A stretch of 64,000 bases of DNA, from positions 18,995 to 82,994 of the IMG/VR virus record IMGVR_UViG_3300024581_001100. One strand, 5' to 3'. Below, one piece after another: positions 37,198 through 46,656 of the stretch. The DNA is from a virus. Within the stretch, counting starts at the first letter, position 1, and every line of letters begins with the position of its first letter. Below the pieces are notes generated by a model. That model saw only the letters and a list, made by a program, of their open reading frames with translations. It was not told where the DNA came from and ran no database searches. The position numbers and the translations under genes were made by a program.

Positions 37198-38289
37198 TTG
37201 GCAACGTTTAACAAGAAAGCAAAAGTTAAGGAAAGAGAGGACTTATCTGATGTAGTTCCTTGGGAAGTGGATGAGGATGTTATTGTTGTTGTAGATATGG
37301 ATGAGCAAGTGTTTCGTACAGCAGCGGCATGTGAGGAACGTTTAGTAGAGGTCACTAACACACAATCAGATATGTCGGGTCAGTTTAAAAACATTACTGC
37401 CTTTAAGAAGTTCATGGAAGGTGTAGACTTCGATAAAGAAATATTTGAACACAAGACAATACAGAAACCTGAGAAGATTGGGTGGGCTATATCTACACTT
37501 AAACGTAGACTAGATAACATTTGTAAGATTTGTAAATGTCATCCAGACAATTTGGAATTGTATATTGACGGGGAAGGTAACTTTAGGACAGAGTTACCTC
37601 TAGCAGTAGAGTACAAAGGTAATCGTAAGGACACTATTAAACCAGTCCTCCTTCCTGAATTAAAACAATATGCAATTGACAAATTAGGTGCAGAGGTTGT
37701 CACAGGATTTGAGACAGACGATCGTGTAGTGGTACGTGTAACTGAGGGAGTTAAGCAAGGTAAAAAGGTTATTGGTACAAGCTCTGATAAGGACTCCTTA
37801 CAAGCAGAGGGTTGGTGGTTTAACTACGAGAAGTGGGATGAACCTAAATACGTGAAAGGTTTTGGAGAATTGTATTTAGACACTTCTATAAAAGTTCCTG
37901 ATGTTAAAGGAGATGGTTGGAAATTCCTCTACTATCAGATAATTTGTTCCGATAATGCAGATAATTACTGTAGTCGCGATGTATTCACTAAAGTTGTTAT
38001 TGAAGGGGAAGTGTCTAATCGTAAGAAACCACGTTGGGGGAGTAAGACTGCCAAGACTGCTTTGGATAAATGTACTAACCACAAGCAATGCTTAGAACTT
38101 ATTGTTAAGAAGTATAAAGAGTGGTATGGCGAGGATGAGTTTGAGTATGAAGACTGGCAAGGTAACATTCGTAAGGCTACATGGTTAGATGTACTTGATA
38201 TGCAATTCCAATTAGCTTATATGAAACGTTCTGACGATGATAAGACTTGCATTAAGAAAATATTGAAGAAGGTGAAGATCATTGAGTAA
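37198..38289 (+). CDS. 5'-3' exonuclease (T7 gp6/FEN family)
   Basis: VDMD, GNFR, YKGNR, ETDD, SSDKD, DNADNY. Confidence 0.88.
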   Translation: MATFNKKAKVKEREDLSDVVPWEVDEDVIVVVDMDEQVFRTAAACEERLVEVTNTQSDMSGQFKNITAFKKFMEGVDFDKEIFEHKTIQKPEKIGWAISTLKRRLDNICKICKCHPDNLELYIDGEGNFRTELPLAVEYKGNRKDTIKPVLLPELKQYAIDKLGAEVVTGFETDDRVVVRVTEGVKQGKKVIGTSSDKDSLQAEGWWFNYEKWDEPKYVKGFGELYLDTSIKVPDVKGDGWKFLYYQIICSDNADNYCSRDVFTKVVIEGEVSNRKKPRWGSKTAKTALDKCTNHKQCLELIVKKYKEWYGEDEFEYEDWQGNIRKATWLDVLDMQFQLAYMKRSDDDKTCIKKILKKVKIIE

Positions 38290-38851
38290 TCGTATTAATC
38301 CTTGGGAACATAAATACGCTAAGGACGTTAACTGGAAAACACAAAGTAATTATTTCACTTGGTTACGAGGGCAAATACGTAGGATATGGGCAGACAATCC
38401 TCTACGTAAGGTTTGGAAGAAAGACCAGTTACGTCCTGTAACTATGCAAGAGAAGATTGACAAAGTGTTTCACCCTAGTACAAAGAATGTAGGGCAATGT
38501 TACTTGTGCAAAGAGTGGATGGCAGGGAGTAAACTAGAGTGTGACCATGTTGTAGGAAATATATCTTGTGTTAATTATTTGACAGCAGAAGAGTTCCTAT
38601 GGCATTGTGCAGCAGATAACCCTGATAACTGGGCATTGGTGTGTAAACCTTGTCATAAAATTAAGTCATATTCTGAAAAAGAGGGAGTTTCCTTCAAAGA
38701 GGCAAGGTCTACCAAAAGAGTAATCCAAATTGAAAAGGAGAAGCGTGTGAACGAGACTTTAGAGGAATTAGGTATTAAGCCAGCTAGTAATAGTAAACTA
38801 CGCAGGAAACAGCTTGTAGAGGCTTTTATGAAAGAGGGAGAAAGTGAATGA
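38282..38851 (+). CDS. His-Me finger (HNH-like) endonuclease
   Basis: CYLC...LECDHV...LVCKPCH..KS. Confidence 0.75.
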   Translation: MSNRINPWEHKYAKDVNWKTQSNYFTWLRGQIRRIWADNPLRKVWKKDQLRPVTMQEKIDKVFHPSTKNVGQCYLCKEWMAGSKLECDHVVGNISCVNYLTAEEFLWHCAADNPDNWALVCKPCHKIKSYSEKEGVSFKEARSTKRVIQIEKEKRVNETLEELGIKPASNSKLRRKQLVEAFMKEGESE

Positions 38852-39042
38852 CTGAATTTCCAGAAGGGCGTTATGCTTTAGTAATGGTAACAGAACAAGG
38901 TGACTCTAGAGTAATCACAGCATTTGAACGAGTAACAGATTATCTAGAGTATTTGGAGATACAACGTATGCAGATGGATATTGCTGAAGAGAAGATGAGA
39001 GATATGTTTGGTATGGATGTGGATAAAGGAGAATTAAATTGA
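38848..39042 (+). CDS. hypothetical protein
   Basis: ORF in operon. Confidence 0.65.
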   Translation: MTEFPEGRYALVMVTEQGDSRVITAFERVTDYLEYLEIQRMQMDIAEEKMRDMFGMDVDKGELN

Positions 39043-39269
39043 GTAAGTTATTAGCGAAGTATGAAGCTTTTTTGAGTGAGTTAGAAGATTCTGTAGAACC
39101 TTTTCAGAAGTTTGCTGACCAAGAGACATTTACTAACGAAGAGTGCCAACATATGATTGCTGTATGTACAGCGGCTTCAATTCTGCGAGGGCAAGAGGAT
39201 TTGACAAAAGAATGTGTCCGTGAGATAGAGAGAGGTTTGAAGTATTTTAATCTGGAAGAGGGGAAGTAG
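39039..39269 (+). CDS. hypothetical protein
   Basis: AAGGAG SD, TTG start. Confidence 0.65.
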   Translation: MSKLLAKYEAFLSELEDSVEPFQKFADQETFTNEECQHMIAVCTAASILRGQEDLTKECVREIERGLKYFNLEEGK

Positions 39270-40229
39270 ATGAGTTGGAAAAAGAAAGCGTTAGAGTTGA
39301 TGGTGTCTTCGGATATGAGTTGGAGACAGATTGCTAAAGAACTTGGTAAGAGTAAGTCTACAGTATCAGACTACTTACGTAAGTTTAAGAATAACCCTGA
39401 ATATCTACAAGAAGTAGTTACACCAGAGAATAAACCTAAAATTCTTTTGTTTGATATTGAAACCTCTATGATTAAAGCATTAACATGGGGTCTCTGGAAA
39501 CAGAATATCAGTATTAACCAGATCATAGAAGATTGGTATGTAATATGTTGGTCTGCTAAGTGGTATGAGAATGAAGACGTATTTAACTCATCTGTACACC
39601 ATTATGATTTACCGTTAAGTGGTCGATATAAAGACAACGAGCGTATTGTAGTAGAGGCTCTATGGAAATGTTTAGACGAAGCTGACATTATAATCGCTTA
39701 TAACGGCAAATCTTTTGATCGTAAGAAGATGAATTTTAAGTTCTTTGAGTATGGACTGCCAGAACCTTCTCCGTATAAAGTTGTAGACCCTATGTTGATC
39801 ATTAAAGGCAACTTCTCTATTACAAGTGCTAAGATGGATTACGTAGCACGTTATGTACAAAGCCTAGAAGAAGGTAAGCACTCTACTAATATCCAACTGT
39901 GGGTAGATAGTATGAATGACGATATAGAAGCACTAGACTACATGCAAGATTACTGTGACCAAGATATCGAAGTATTAGAGCATGTATACGATGCAGTTAA
40001 GCACTGGGATAAAAACAGCCCACAAATGATGATGTACTACGATGATGACCAAATGCGTTGTAACTCTTGTGGTAGTGTGCATCTCACTAAACTTGACAAT
40101 AAAGCAGCCTACACTAGCTTGAGTAAGTTTGAGATTTATCGTTGCGATGATTGTTCTAAGGTAATGCGTGGTCGTGACAATCAGATCAGTAAAGAGAAAC
40201 GTAAAAACTTTGTAATGAATGTGAGGTAG
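39270..40229 (+). CDS. DEDD/RNase H-like exonuclease with N-terminal HTH and C-terminal Zn ribbon
   Basis: LFDIET, AYNGKSFD, YCDQD; HTH SWRQIAKELGKSKSTV; CNSC...CDDC. Confidence 0.85.
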   Translation: MSWKKKALELMVSSDMSWRQIAKELGKSKSTVSDYLRKFKNNPEYLQEVVTPENKPKILLFDIETSMIKALTWGLWKQNISINQIIEDWYVICWSAKWYENEDVFNSSVHHYDLPLSGRYKDNERIVVEALWKCLDEADIIIAYNGKSFDRKKMNFKFFEYGLPEPSPYKVVDPMLIIKGNFSITSAKMDYVARYVQSLEEGKHSTNIQLWVDSMNDDIEALDYMQDYCDQDIEVLEHVYDAVKHWDKNSPQMMMYYDDDQMRCNSCGSVHLTKLDNKAAYTSLSKFEIYRCDDCSKVMRGRDNQISKEKRKNFVMNVR

Positions 40230-40231
40230 GT

Positions 40232-40714
40232 ATGATCAAATCTGATATGCCTGAGTATATTACTTGGAAAAATATGAGAAGTCGTTGTAACAGGAAACCT
40301 ACTGGAAGAGGCAGAGATGCCAAGTACCAATACATAACTGTCTGCGATAGATGGGACAATTTTGATAACTTCCTTGAGGATATGGGGCAGAAACCCAGTG
40401 ACAAACATACAATCGAACGTTTAGATAATACTATAGGGTATACTCCTGATAACTGTGTGTGGGAAACTTTAGACAAACAGGCGAGGAATCACCAGAAGAG
40501 GAAGGACAATACATCAGGTGTTACTGGCGTAGTGAGGTATAAATACGGATATAGAGCGTTATGGGTTGTAAATGGCAAACAAAGAAGTAAAGCCTTTTCC
40601 TCTAACCAGCTTGGGGACGAACTAGCTTTTTTCGCAGCTTGCGAATGTAGAGAGCAGATGATAGAATTGCTTAACAAGAAAGGGGCTGGTTACAGCCCTA
40701 ATCACGGAAAATAA
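40232..40714 (+). CDS. HNH endonuclease with AP2-like DNA-binding domain
   Basis: W..MRSRC, VCDRW..F..FL.DMG, TIERLDN..GY.PDNC.W, KDNTSGVTGV. Confidence 0.85.
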   Translation: MIKSDMPEYITWKNMRSRCNRKPTGRGRDAKYQYITVCDRWDNFDNFLEDMGQKPSDKHTIERLDNTIGYTPDNCVWETLDKQARNHQKRKDNTSGVTGVVRYKYGYRALWVVNGKQRSKAFSSNQLGDELAFFAACECREQMIELLNKKGAGYSPNHGK

Positions 40715-40729
40715 AAGAGGAGAAACTAA

Positions 40730-41308
40730 ATGACTAAAAAAGCAATCATATTTAACGCACCACCTAACGCAGGTAAAGACATAGCAGCGGAGCATATTGT
40801 AGACTATCTAAGTAGTAAAGGTATTGCAGCGTACCATAAAGAAGTTAAAGAAAACCTTTTTAAGGCAGTTAAGAGTGCCTACGGGGTAGGGGAGTATCAA
40901 TGGGAAGAACTATATGGAAGAGATTTTAAAGAAATACCTACGCCTCTCATACGTATAATGAATTGTGATGTATCTCCTCGTAACGCCATGATACATATGT
41001 CAGAGAACGTCCTTAAACCTCTATTCGGTAAAGACGTATTTGGGATTATGGCTGCTAAATCCCTAGAAGAAGGGGTTAACGTATTCTCTGACGGAGGTTT
41101 TCCAGAAGAGATACAATGTATTTTAGATGAGGTAGGTGTAGATAACTTTCTACTAGTCCACGTAACAAGAAATGGTTGTTCTTTTGAGGGAGACAGTAGA
41201 AACTACGTGACAGGATTCCCTAGAATAGTTACACTACATAACGATGGTACTTTACAGGAGTATCTAGATGAATGTGTTAATTTGGTAGAGGAGTTTTTAA
41301 ATGACTGA
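40730..41308 (+). CDS. deoxynucleoside monophosphate kinase
   Basis: P-loop APPNAGKD, SPRNAMI..SE, SDGGFPEE. Confidence 0.82.
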   Translation: MTKKAIIFNAPPNAGKDIAAEHIVDYLSSKGIAAYHKEVKENLFKAVKSAYGVGEYQWEELYGRDFKEIPTPLIRIMNCDVSPRNAMIHMSENVLKPLFGKDVFGIMAAKSLEEGVNVFSDGGFPEEIQCILDEVGVDNFLLVHVTRNGCSFEGDSRNYVTGFPRIVTLHNDGTLQEYLDECVNLVEEFLND

Positions 41309-41891
41309 ACCTTACATAGGGACATACACTAACAAGAAGTTCTATTTCTTAGATCCTAAACCAGAACAAATCTGTATTGAGGACATAGCGCAAGCCCTTT
41401 CTATGTCTTGTAGGTTTAGTGGCCATGTATCTACGTTTTACTCTGTAGCAGAACATTGTTGTATTATCGCTGATTTAGTACATAAGGCTGATAAAGATAG
41501 ACAAGAGGTTATGTCTGCATTACTACATGATGCTAGTGAAGCTTATATTTGTGACATACCAAGACCAATTAAGCCTCACCTAAATAACTATTTCGATATG
41601 GAATTAAAGATTGAAAAGGTTATACAAAAGAAGTACAATATCGCTCCTAAAACAGACTTGATTAATTACTATGATCATCATATCTGTGGAGAGGAAGCTA
41701 GACAGTTATTCCTTCATGCACCAGATTGGGTGGAGTCTTTTGATAGAATAGCGGGTGTTAAGATTAATGCGTGGACACCTGCTCAAGCTAAGAAAGAATT
41801 TCTTGACAGGTTTGACAGACTTAAGCATTATATCCACATTGAAACCCCTGAAGAAAAGGAATGGTTTGATAGCCTCTCTAAGAGCGCCTAG
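41301..41891 (+). CDS. HD-domain 5'-deoxynucleotidase (YfbR-like)
   Basis: IEDIA..LS..CRF.GH..FYSVAEH, LLHDASEAY..D. Confidence 0.88.
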   Translation: MTEPYIGTYTNKKFYFLDPKPEQICIEDIAQALSMSCRFSGHVSTFYSVAEHCCIIADLVHKADKDRQEVMSALLHDASEAYICDIPRPIKPHLNNYFDMELKIEKVIQKKYNIAPKTDLINYYDHHICGEEARQLFLHAPDWVESFDRIAGVKINAWTPAQAKKEFLDRFDRLKHYIHIETPEEKEWFDSLSKSA

Positions 41892-41973
41892 AATCAACCC
41901 TAAGAGGTTTTAATATTAATTAAGGTGATTGTATAGGGTAACAGGAGAAGTCCTCTTACAATCGCTTACAGGA
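41887..41973. repeat. dispersed palindromic element, copy F
   Basis: gattgtatagggtaa is the exact reverse complement of ttaccctatacaatc in copy D; arm agaagtcctcttacaatcgcttacagga. Confidence 0.75.
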
Positions 41974-41990
41974 ACAAATAGGAGATATAA

Positions 41991-42629
41991 ATGTATAAAT
42001 CAAAACTACTACGACACCCAGAGTACAACGTTACTTGGTTCTGGGATTCAGTGGCTAAATTTAATGGTATTGCTAATCCCGATGGTGTATTGCCTGAGAA
42101 ACAAATCCCTATCATTAAGTCAGAGTTACAGGAACTTCTTGATAGCACAAATGCTAACGACTTTATGGATGGTGTTATTGACGGTCTTGTAACCCTAGCA
42201 CCACTAGTACCTCGTCAGGAGTTTGAATACTATTGGGATGACTGCTATGAACAAGGGTATAACTACCATGAATTAGAACAAGAGTTAAAGACCTATATTA
42301 ACACTAAACCAGAGGGCTTTCACAACTATGATTTCTACTCAGACCATTCTGCTATGGTACATACGCTTCTTACTGTACTGGTATCTGATGAAACACATTA
42401 CGAAGAGAATTGTGAGAGTGTGTTGGAGAGTAATCTATCCAAATTTATTCCTTTGGAAGAATACCGTGAAAGTTACTTTGTTGAAGTGGTACACAAGTAT
42501 CCGCAGCATACGGTGACTAAAGAGATTCGTTCTTACGAGGGGGAAGATTTTGTTGTATTCTTTAATGAGAACGGTAAAGTGTTGAAAGGGCATAGTTACT
42601 TTAAAGAGCCTAACTTGATTACTGATTAA
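41991..42629 (+). CDS. MazG-like/PRA-PH nucleoside triphosphate pyrophosphohydrolase
   Basis: SELQEL...DGVIDGLV, V.ESNLSK, NENGKVLKG..Y.EP. Confidence 0.75.
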   Translation: MYKSKLLRHPEYNVTWFWDSVAKFNGIANPDGVLPEKQIPIIKSELQELLDSTNANDFMDGVIDGLVTLAPLVPRQEFEYYWDDCYEQGYNYHELEQELKTYINTKPEGFHNYDFYSDHSAMVHTLLTVLVSDETHYEENCESVLESNLSKFIPLEEYRESYFVEVVHKYPQHTVTKEIRSYEGEDFVVFFNENGKVLKGHSYFKEPNLITD

Positions 42630-42714
42630 TTAATCTTAACCTAATTAGCAATTGACTTATGACTGGAATTGTGGTAAAATATGATTCCAGCTTACAACAA
42701 AAATGAGGTAATTT

Positions 42715-42915
42715 ATGAGAGTTAATTTAGAAGGTGATCCTGTTGAAAAGAGTGTTACAGAGATTGAGGTTGAGGATAATATTATCCTTAGTAAAGGGGA
42801 CGACACTAATACAGTGTATGTGGACTTAGAAGGGGAACTAGGCATCCATCAAGTTAACCGTCTTATTAAAGGACTAGAGTTAGCTAAGAAAATATTTAAT
42901 TTAGAAGGAGAATGA
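42715..42915 (+). CDS. hypothetical protein
   Basis: GAGG SD; promoter TTGACT-N17-TAAAAT at about 42652-42680. Confidence 0.7.
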   Translation: MRVNLEGDPVEKSVTEIEVEDNIILSKGDDTNTVYVDLEGELGIHQVNRLIKGLELAKKIFNLEGE

Positions 42916-42916
42916 T

Positions 42917-43237
42917 ATGGCTAAGTATTATTATGAAATCTCCATAGGTTTTGCAGGTATGGATAAACTAGGTGCTATAGAGACTGACTTAAGTGACAAT
43001 GAAATCTTGGAGTGGTTGAGAGAAGAGGCAATAGAACATGCAATGAGTTATGGATTTGAACAAGATGAAATGTACTTCGGGGATTTAGACCAAGTAGGTA
43101 GTGAATGGGACGAAGACGAACAGTGTTACTTAAATGAAGGATACTTAGAATACTGGTACGAGGATTACAACGAGGAAGCACATGCAAGTAGTATTACCTA
43201 CGGGTATGATGATCAACCAGAATTTGAAACTATCTAG
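42917..43237 (+). CDS. highly acidic protein
   Basis: about 30 D/E vs 3 K/R in 106 aa. Confidence 0.75.
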   Translation: MAKYYYEISIGFAGMDKLGAIETDLSDNEILEWLREEAIEHAMSYGFEQDEMYFGDLDQVGSEWDEDEQCYLNEGYLEYWYEDYNEEAHASSITYGYDDQPEFETI

Positions 43238-43249
43238 AAGGAGAATAGA

Positions 43250-43465
43250 TTGGAATTGTTCAGCAGTTCTTGGTGTCACCAATGCCAACCAGTGAAGAAG
43301 TTTATTGAAGGTAACAACATTGACGTTAAGTATGTAGACATTGACCAAGAGTATGAATACACTAGCAAGCTTGGTATCAGAGGTATTCCTGTCTTACGTA
43401 AAGACGGAGAGAATATTGTAGGGGCAGATAATATTATGAAAGTATTGAAAGAAGGGGGGTTATAG
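43250..43465 (+). CDS. glutaredoxin/thioredoxin-like protein
   Basis: WCHQC, GIRGIPVL, IVG. Confidence 0.88.
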   Translation: MELFSSSWCHQCQPVKKFIEGNNIDVKYVDIDQEYEYTSKLGIRGIPVLRKDGENIVGADNIMKVLKEGGL

Positions 43466-43467
43466 GG

Positions 43468-44148
43468 TTGAATTTAGAACAGTATAAAGCACAGACACGT
43501 ATTATCGGAGTAACAACGCCAGTAGTTGACTTTATCCCTGATAGTGAGGGAATAATTAGTTATACAGCTAGAGTGTCTGCACCGCAGAATCAGGAGAACT
43601 TCGACACAGCCGATAAACTATTAACTTACTGTGCTAAAAACTCTCATTGGTCTGTATTTGAGATGAGTAATGCCGTTATTGAATTAAAAGCACCTCGTGA
43701 TATTAGTAGGCAAGTGTTGCGCCATAAATCGGCAGCATTCCAAGAGTTTAGCCAACGGTATGCAGAAGTAGACGAACAAATGTTTGTACTACGAGAAGCG
43801 CGTTTACAGGACACTAAGAACCGTCAGAATAGTATTGCTCTAGAAGATAACTATCTACAAGAAGCATGGGAAGAACGGCAGACGAGGGTTATCTTAGAGG
43901 CTACAGAAGCTTACAAGTGGGCTATTAAACAAGGTATTGCTAAAGAATGTGCGAGGGTTGTACTACCTGAGGGTAACACTATGAGTAATATGTACATGAA
44001 TGCTACAATGCGTACATGGTTACATTATTGTGGATTACGTTCTGGCAATGGTACACAACTAGAACATATTTGGTTAGCAGAGCAGTGTAGAGAAGTGTTA
44101 CGTGAATATTTCCCTAACCTAGTTAAATTTATGGAGGCATCTAAATGA
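43468..44148 (+). CDS. thyX: flavin-dependent thymidylate synthase
   Basis: HWSVFE, RQVLRHKSAAFQEFSQRY, AKECAR.VLP, R.W.HY...R, QLEH. Confidence 0.93.
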   Translation: MNLEQYKAQTRIIGVTTPVVDFIPDSEGIISYTARVSAPQNQENFDTADKLLTYCAKNSHWSVFEMSNAVIELKAPRDISRQVLRHKSAAFQEFSQRYAEVDEQMFVLREARLQDTKNRQNSIALEDNYLQEAWEERQTRVILEATEAYKWAIKQGIAKECARVVLPEGNTMSNMYMNATMRTWLHYCGLRSGNGTQLEHIWLAEQCREVLREYFPNLVKFMEASK

Positions 44149-44516
44149 GTAATATGGAAAATGATGTAGAACAGTATGAACGACGAGAAGCGCAATGGGA
44201 AGTAAGTAGTTTTGACGTAGCTAATCACCCTATTTATATTGATTGGGCAGAACGTAATGTAAAGGGAATGCTTTCAGAGAACATCGACACAATGGTTAAT
44301 GATGTAACAAATATTCACTTTGCATTTGTACGTCCTACAAGGGATGTTATGGACAAGATCCTACATGCCTACGGACTAGATTTGAACGAGAGTATTGAAC
44401 GTCAAGTATGTTGTCACCGCACATTCTCTGGAACACGAGTTAATGGAGAACGTTATGTAGGTAAACAACGTACAGATGATGAATGGAAAGCTTTTAAGAA
44501 ACGTAATGGTGTGTGA
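44145..44516 (+). CDS. conserved hypothetical protein
   Basis: GGAGG SD. Confidence 0.7.
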   Translation: MSNMENDVEQYERREAQWEVSSFDVANHPIYIDWAERNVKGMLSENIDTMVNDVTNIHFAFVRPTRDVMDKILHAYGLDLNESIERQVCCHRTFSGTRVNGERYVGKQRTDDEWKAFKKRNGV

Positions 44517-44522
44517 GGTACT

Positions 44523-45431
44523 ATGAAGCAGGAACATAACTCAGTTGATGAGTACTTAGGTATACTAATAGATTACTCAAGGGATAGATCAATACCAGAA
44601 CAAGGTTTAGCTTTATTAACAGGAAAAGGTTTTTATAAGAAAGATAATGAGGTAAGCCCTCAACAAAGTTTTGCTAGAGCGGCTACTAGCTACTGTTTTG
44701 GTGACTATGATTTTGCACAACGTATATACGACTACGCCTCTAAAGGTTGGTTTACTTTTGCAAGTCCTGTCTTAAGTAACGCAGAAGAGGTGGAATGGCC
44801 TACATTTAGTAAAGATTCTTTTGATGAAGCAGGAGACTGGTTAGAAGATAATGTAAGTCCAGATGGATTGCCTATAAGTTGTTACTTGTCTATGATCCCA
44901 GACACTAAAGAAGGTTTAGTAGAAACAAGGAAAGAAACATCATGCCTTTCTATGGCAGGAGGTGGGATAGGAGTCTACGCTGCTATGAGAAGCCCTGATG
45001 AGAAGTCTACAGGAGCTATGGCACACTTAAGAGGCTATGACGCTGATACTTTAAGCTATAAGCAGAAAGAGTCTCGTAGAGGCTCTATGGCAGCTTATAT
45101 GGACATTGACCATCCAGAGATACTTAGTTTTATCCAGATGCGTAATCCTATTGGAGGAGACCAGAATAAAAAATGTTTTAACCTAAATAATGCAGTGAAC
45201 TTGACCGATAGTTTTATGGAATCTGTTATTCGGGGGGAAGAATATGAACTCATTGACCCTAAACATGGCGGTACAGGTAAGAGGCTTAAAGCAAGGGAAG
45301 TGTGGGAACAAATACTAGAAACTAGGTATGAAACAGGAGAACCTTACATTATGTTTAAGGATACTGTTAACAGAAACATACCTAGTTGGATTACACATCC
45401 AATGTATCAAGTTAGTCAGAGTAATTTGTGT
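44523..45431 (+). CDS. nrdA: class Ia ribonucleotide reductase alpha subunit, exon 1
   Basis: SPQ..FAR, FASPVLSN, LPISC, GGGIG, RRG..A.Y, GEPYI.F.D..N, ends SNLC. Confidence 0.93.
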
Positions 45432-45695
45432 TAACATGAGTGGCACAAGTAAAACCCTTTGAAAACGGGGGACATCTCTTGCAGAGACAATCCCGTGGGA
45501 AGCTTACATAGTAAGAACCCGTAACGACTATCGAAAAGCTGTACGGCAATACAGAACTTAGTAGAGTAGCCTCAAGTGAGCGCGAAGCGGAGGGACAAAC
45601 GTAAAGTTTGTATGATATAGTCTGAGCTATATGGTGACATATAGAAGTTCATAAGAGAACTGGTAGGTACTAACGACACCTATTGAACACAACTG
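45432..45695 (+). mobile_element. group I intron (264 nt, no ORF), IA2-like
   Basis: exon ttgtgt pairs with IGS gcacaa with U-G at the splice site; P7 gacta 45526-30 / tagtc 45618-22; P8 and P9 hairpins; terminal G 45695; splicing restores SNLC-SEI. Confidence 0.92.
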
Positions 45696-46649
45696 TCAGA
45701 AATTACATTAAGAACAAGCCCGACAAGAAGTGCAGTATGTTGTCTTTCTAGTGTAAACTTGGAAAAGTTTGACGAATGGAAAGATACTAACATGGTGAAA
45801 GACCTCATACGTATGTTAGACAATGTACTGGAATACTTTATAAGGCTTGCACCTAAAGATTTAAAACGTGCAGTAAATAGTGCAAGTAAGGAAAGAGCCG
45901 TTGGGTTAGGTACACTGGGCTGGCACTCCTACTTACAAAGTAAGGGTATCCCTTTTGAGTCAGGAGGTTTTAACTCTGCCACACAACATACACACTTAGT
46001 TTACGGGAAGATAAAAGAGCAAGCGATAGAGTCTAGTAAAGAACTAGCAGTAGAGCGCGGAGAGTGTTATGATTGCTTAGGTTCTGGTATGAGGAACAGT
46101 CACTTGCTTGCAATTGCCCCTAACGCTAGTAGTAGTTCTATGGTAGGAGTATCTCCTTCAGTAGAGCCTTGGAATGCAAATGCTTTCAATGCACAAGGCA
46201 GGGCAGGCAGTTTCTTAATAAAGAATAAACACCTAGAAGCTTTACTTGAATCAAAAGGAATGAATACTAAAGATGTATGGAATGATATTATTGTAAATGA
46301 AGGGAGCGTACAACATCTAGAGGTACTTAGTGATGAAGAAAAGAAAGTCTTTAAAACAGCGACAGAGATTAACCAGATGTGGGTGGTAGAACTGGCGGCA
46401 GAGAGACAGAAGTACATCTGCCAATCAGTATCCTTAAACATATTTGTTCCTAATGATATATCACTACAAGAAATGTCAGACTTGCATATGATGGCATGGA
46501 AACGTGGAGTAAAGACTTTGTATTATTGTCGAAGTAAACCTGCTACCAGAGCGAACATAGGTAAAGGTACAGATAAGCCGTTAAATAGTGTTCCTGTTAG
46601 GACTAAGATAGATTTTGACGAAGATACATGTATCAGTTGTGAAGGATAA
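45696..46649 (+). CDS. nrdA: class Ia ribonucleotide reductase alpha subunit, exon 2
   Basis: SEI...AVCCLSSVN, RAVGLG..G, RNSH..AIAPNASSS, QKYICQSVSLN, KTLYYCRS, C-terminal CISCEG. Confidence 0.93.
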   Translation, partial: SEITLRTSPTRSAVCCLSSVNLEKFDEWKDTNMVKDLIRMLDNVLEYFIRLAPKDLKRAVNSASKERAVGLGTLGWHSYLQSKGIPFESGGFNSATQHTHLVYGKIKEQAIESSKELAVERGECYDCLGSGMRNSHLLAIAPNASSSSMVGVSPSVEPWNANAFNAQGRAGSFLIKNKHLEALLESKGMNTKDVWNDIIVNEGSVQHLEVLSDEEKKVFKTATEINQMWVVELAAERQKYICQSVSLNIFVPNDISLQEMSDLHMMAWKRGVKTLYYCRSKPATRANIGKGTDKPLNSVPVRTKIDFDEDTCISCEG

Positions 46650-46656
46650 AATAATA

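Noticed and set aside
41301-42629. HD + MazG-like pair as a Z-genome (datZ/mazZ) cluster
   Set aside because: No purZ in the window, both families are common in ordinary lytic phages, and an adenine MTase is present; kept only as context for the polymerase finding.
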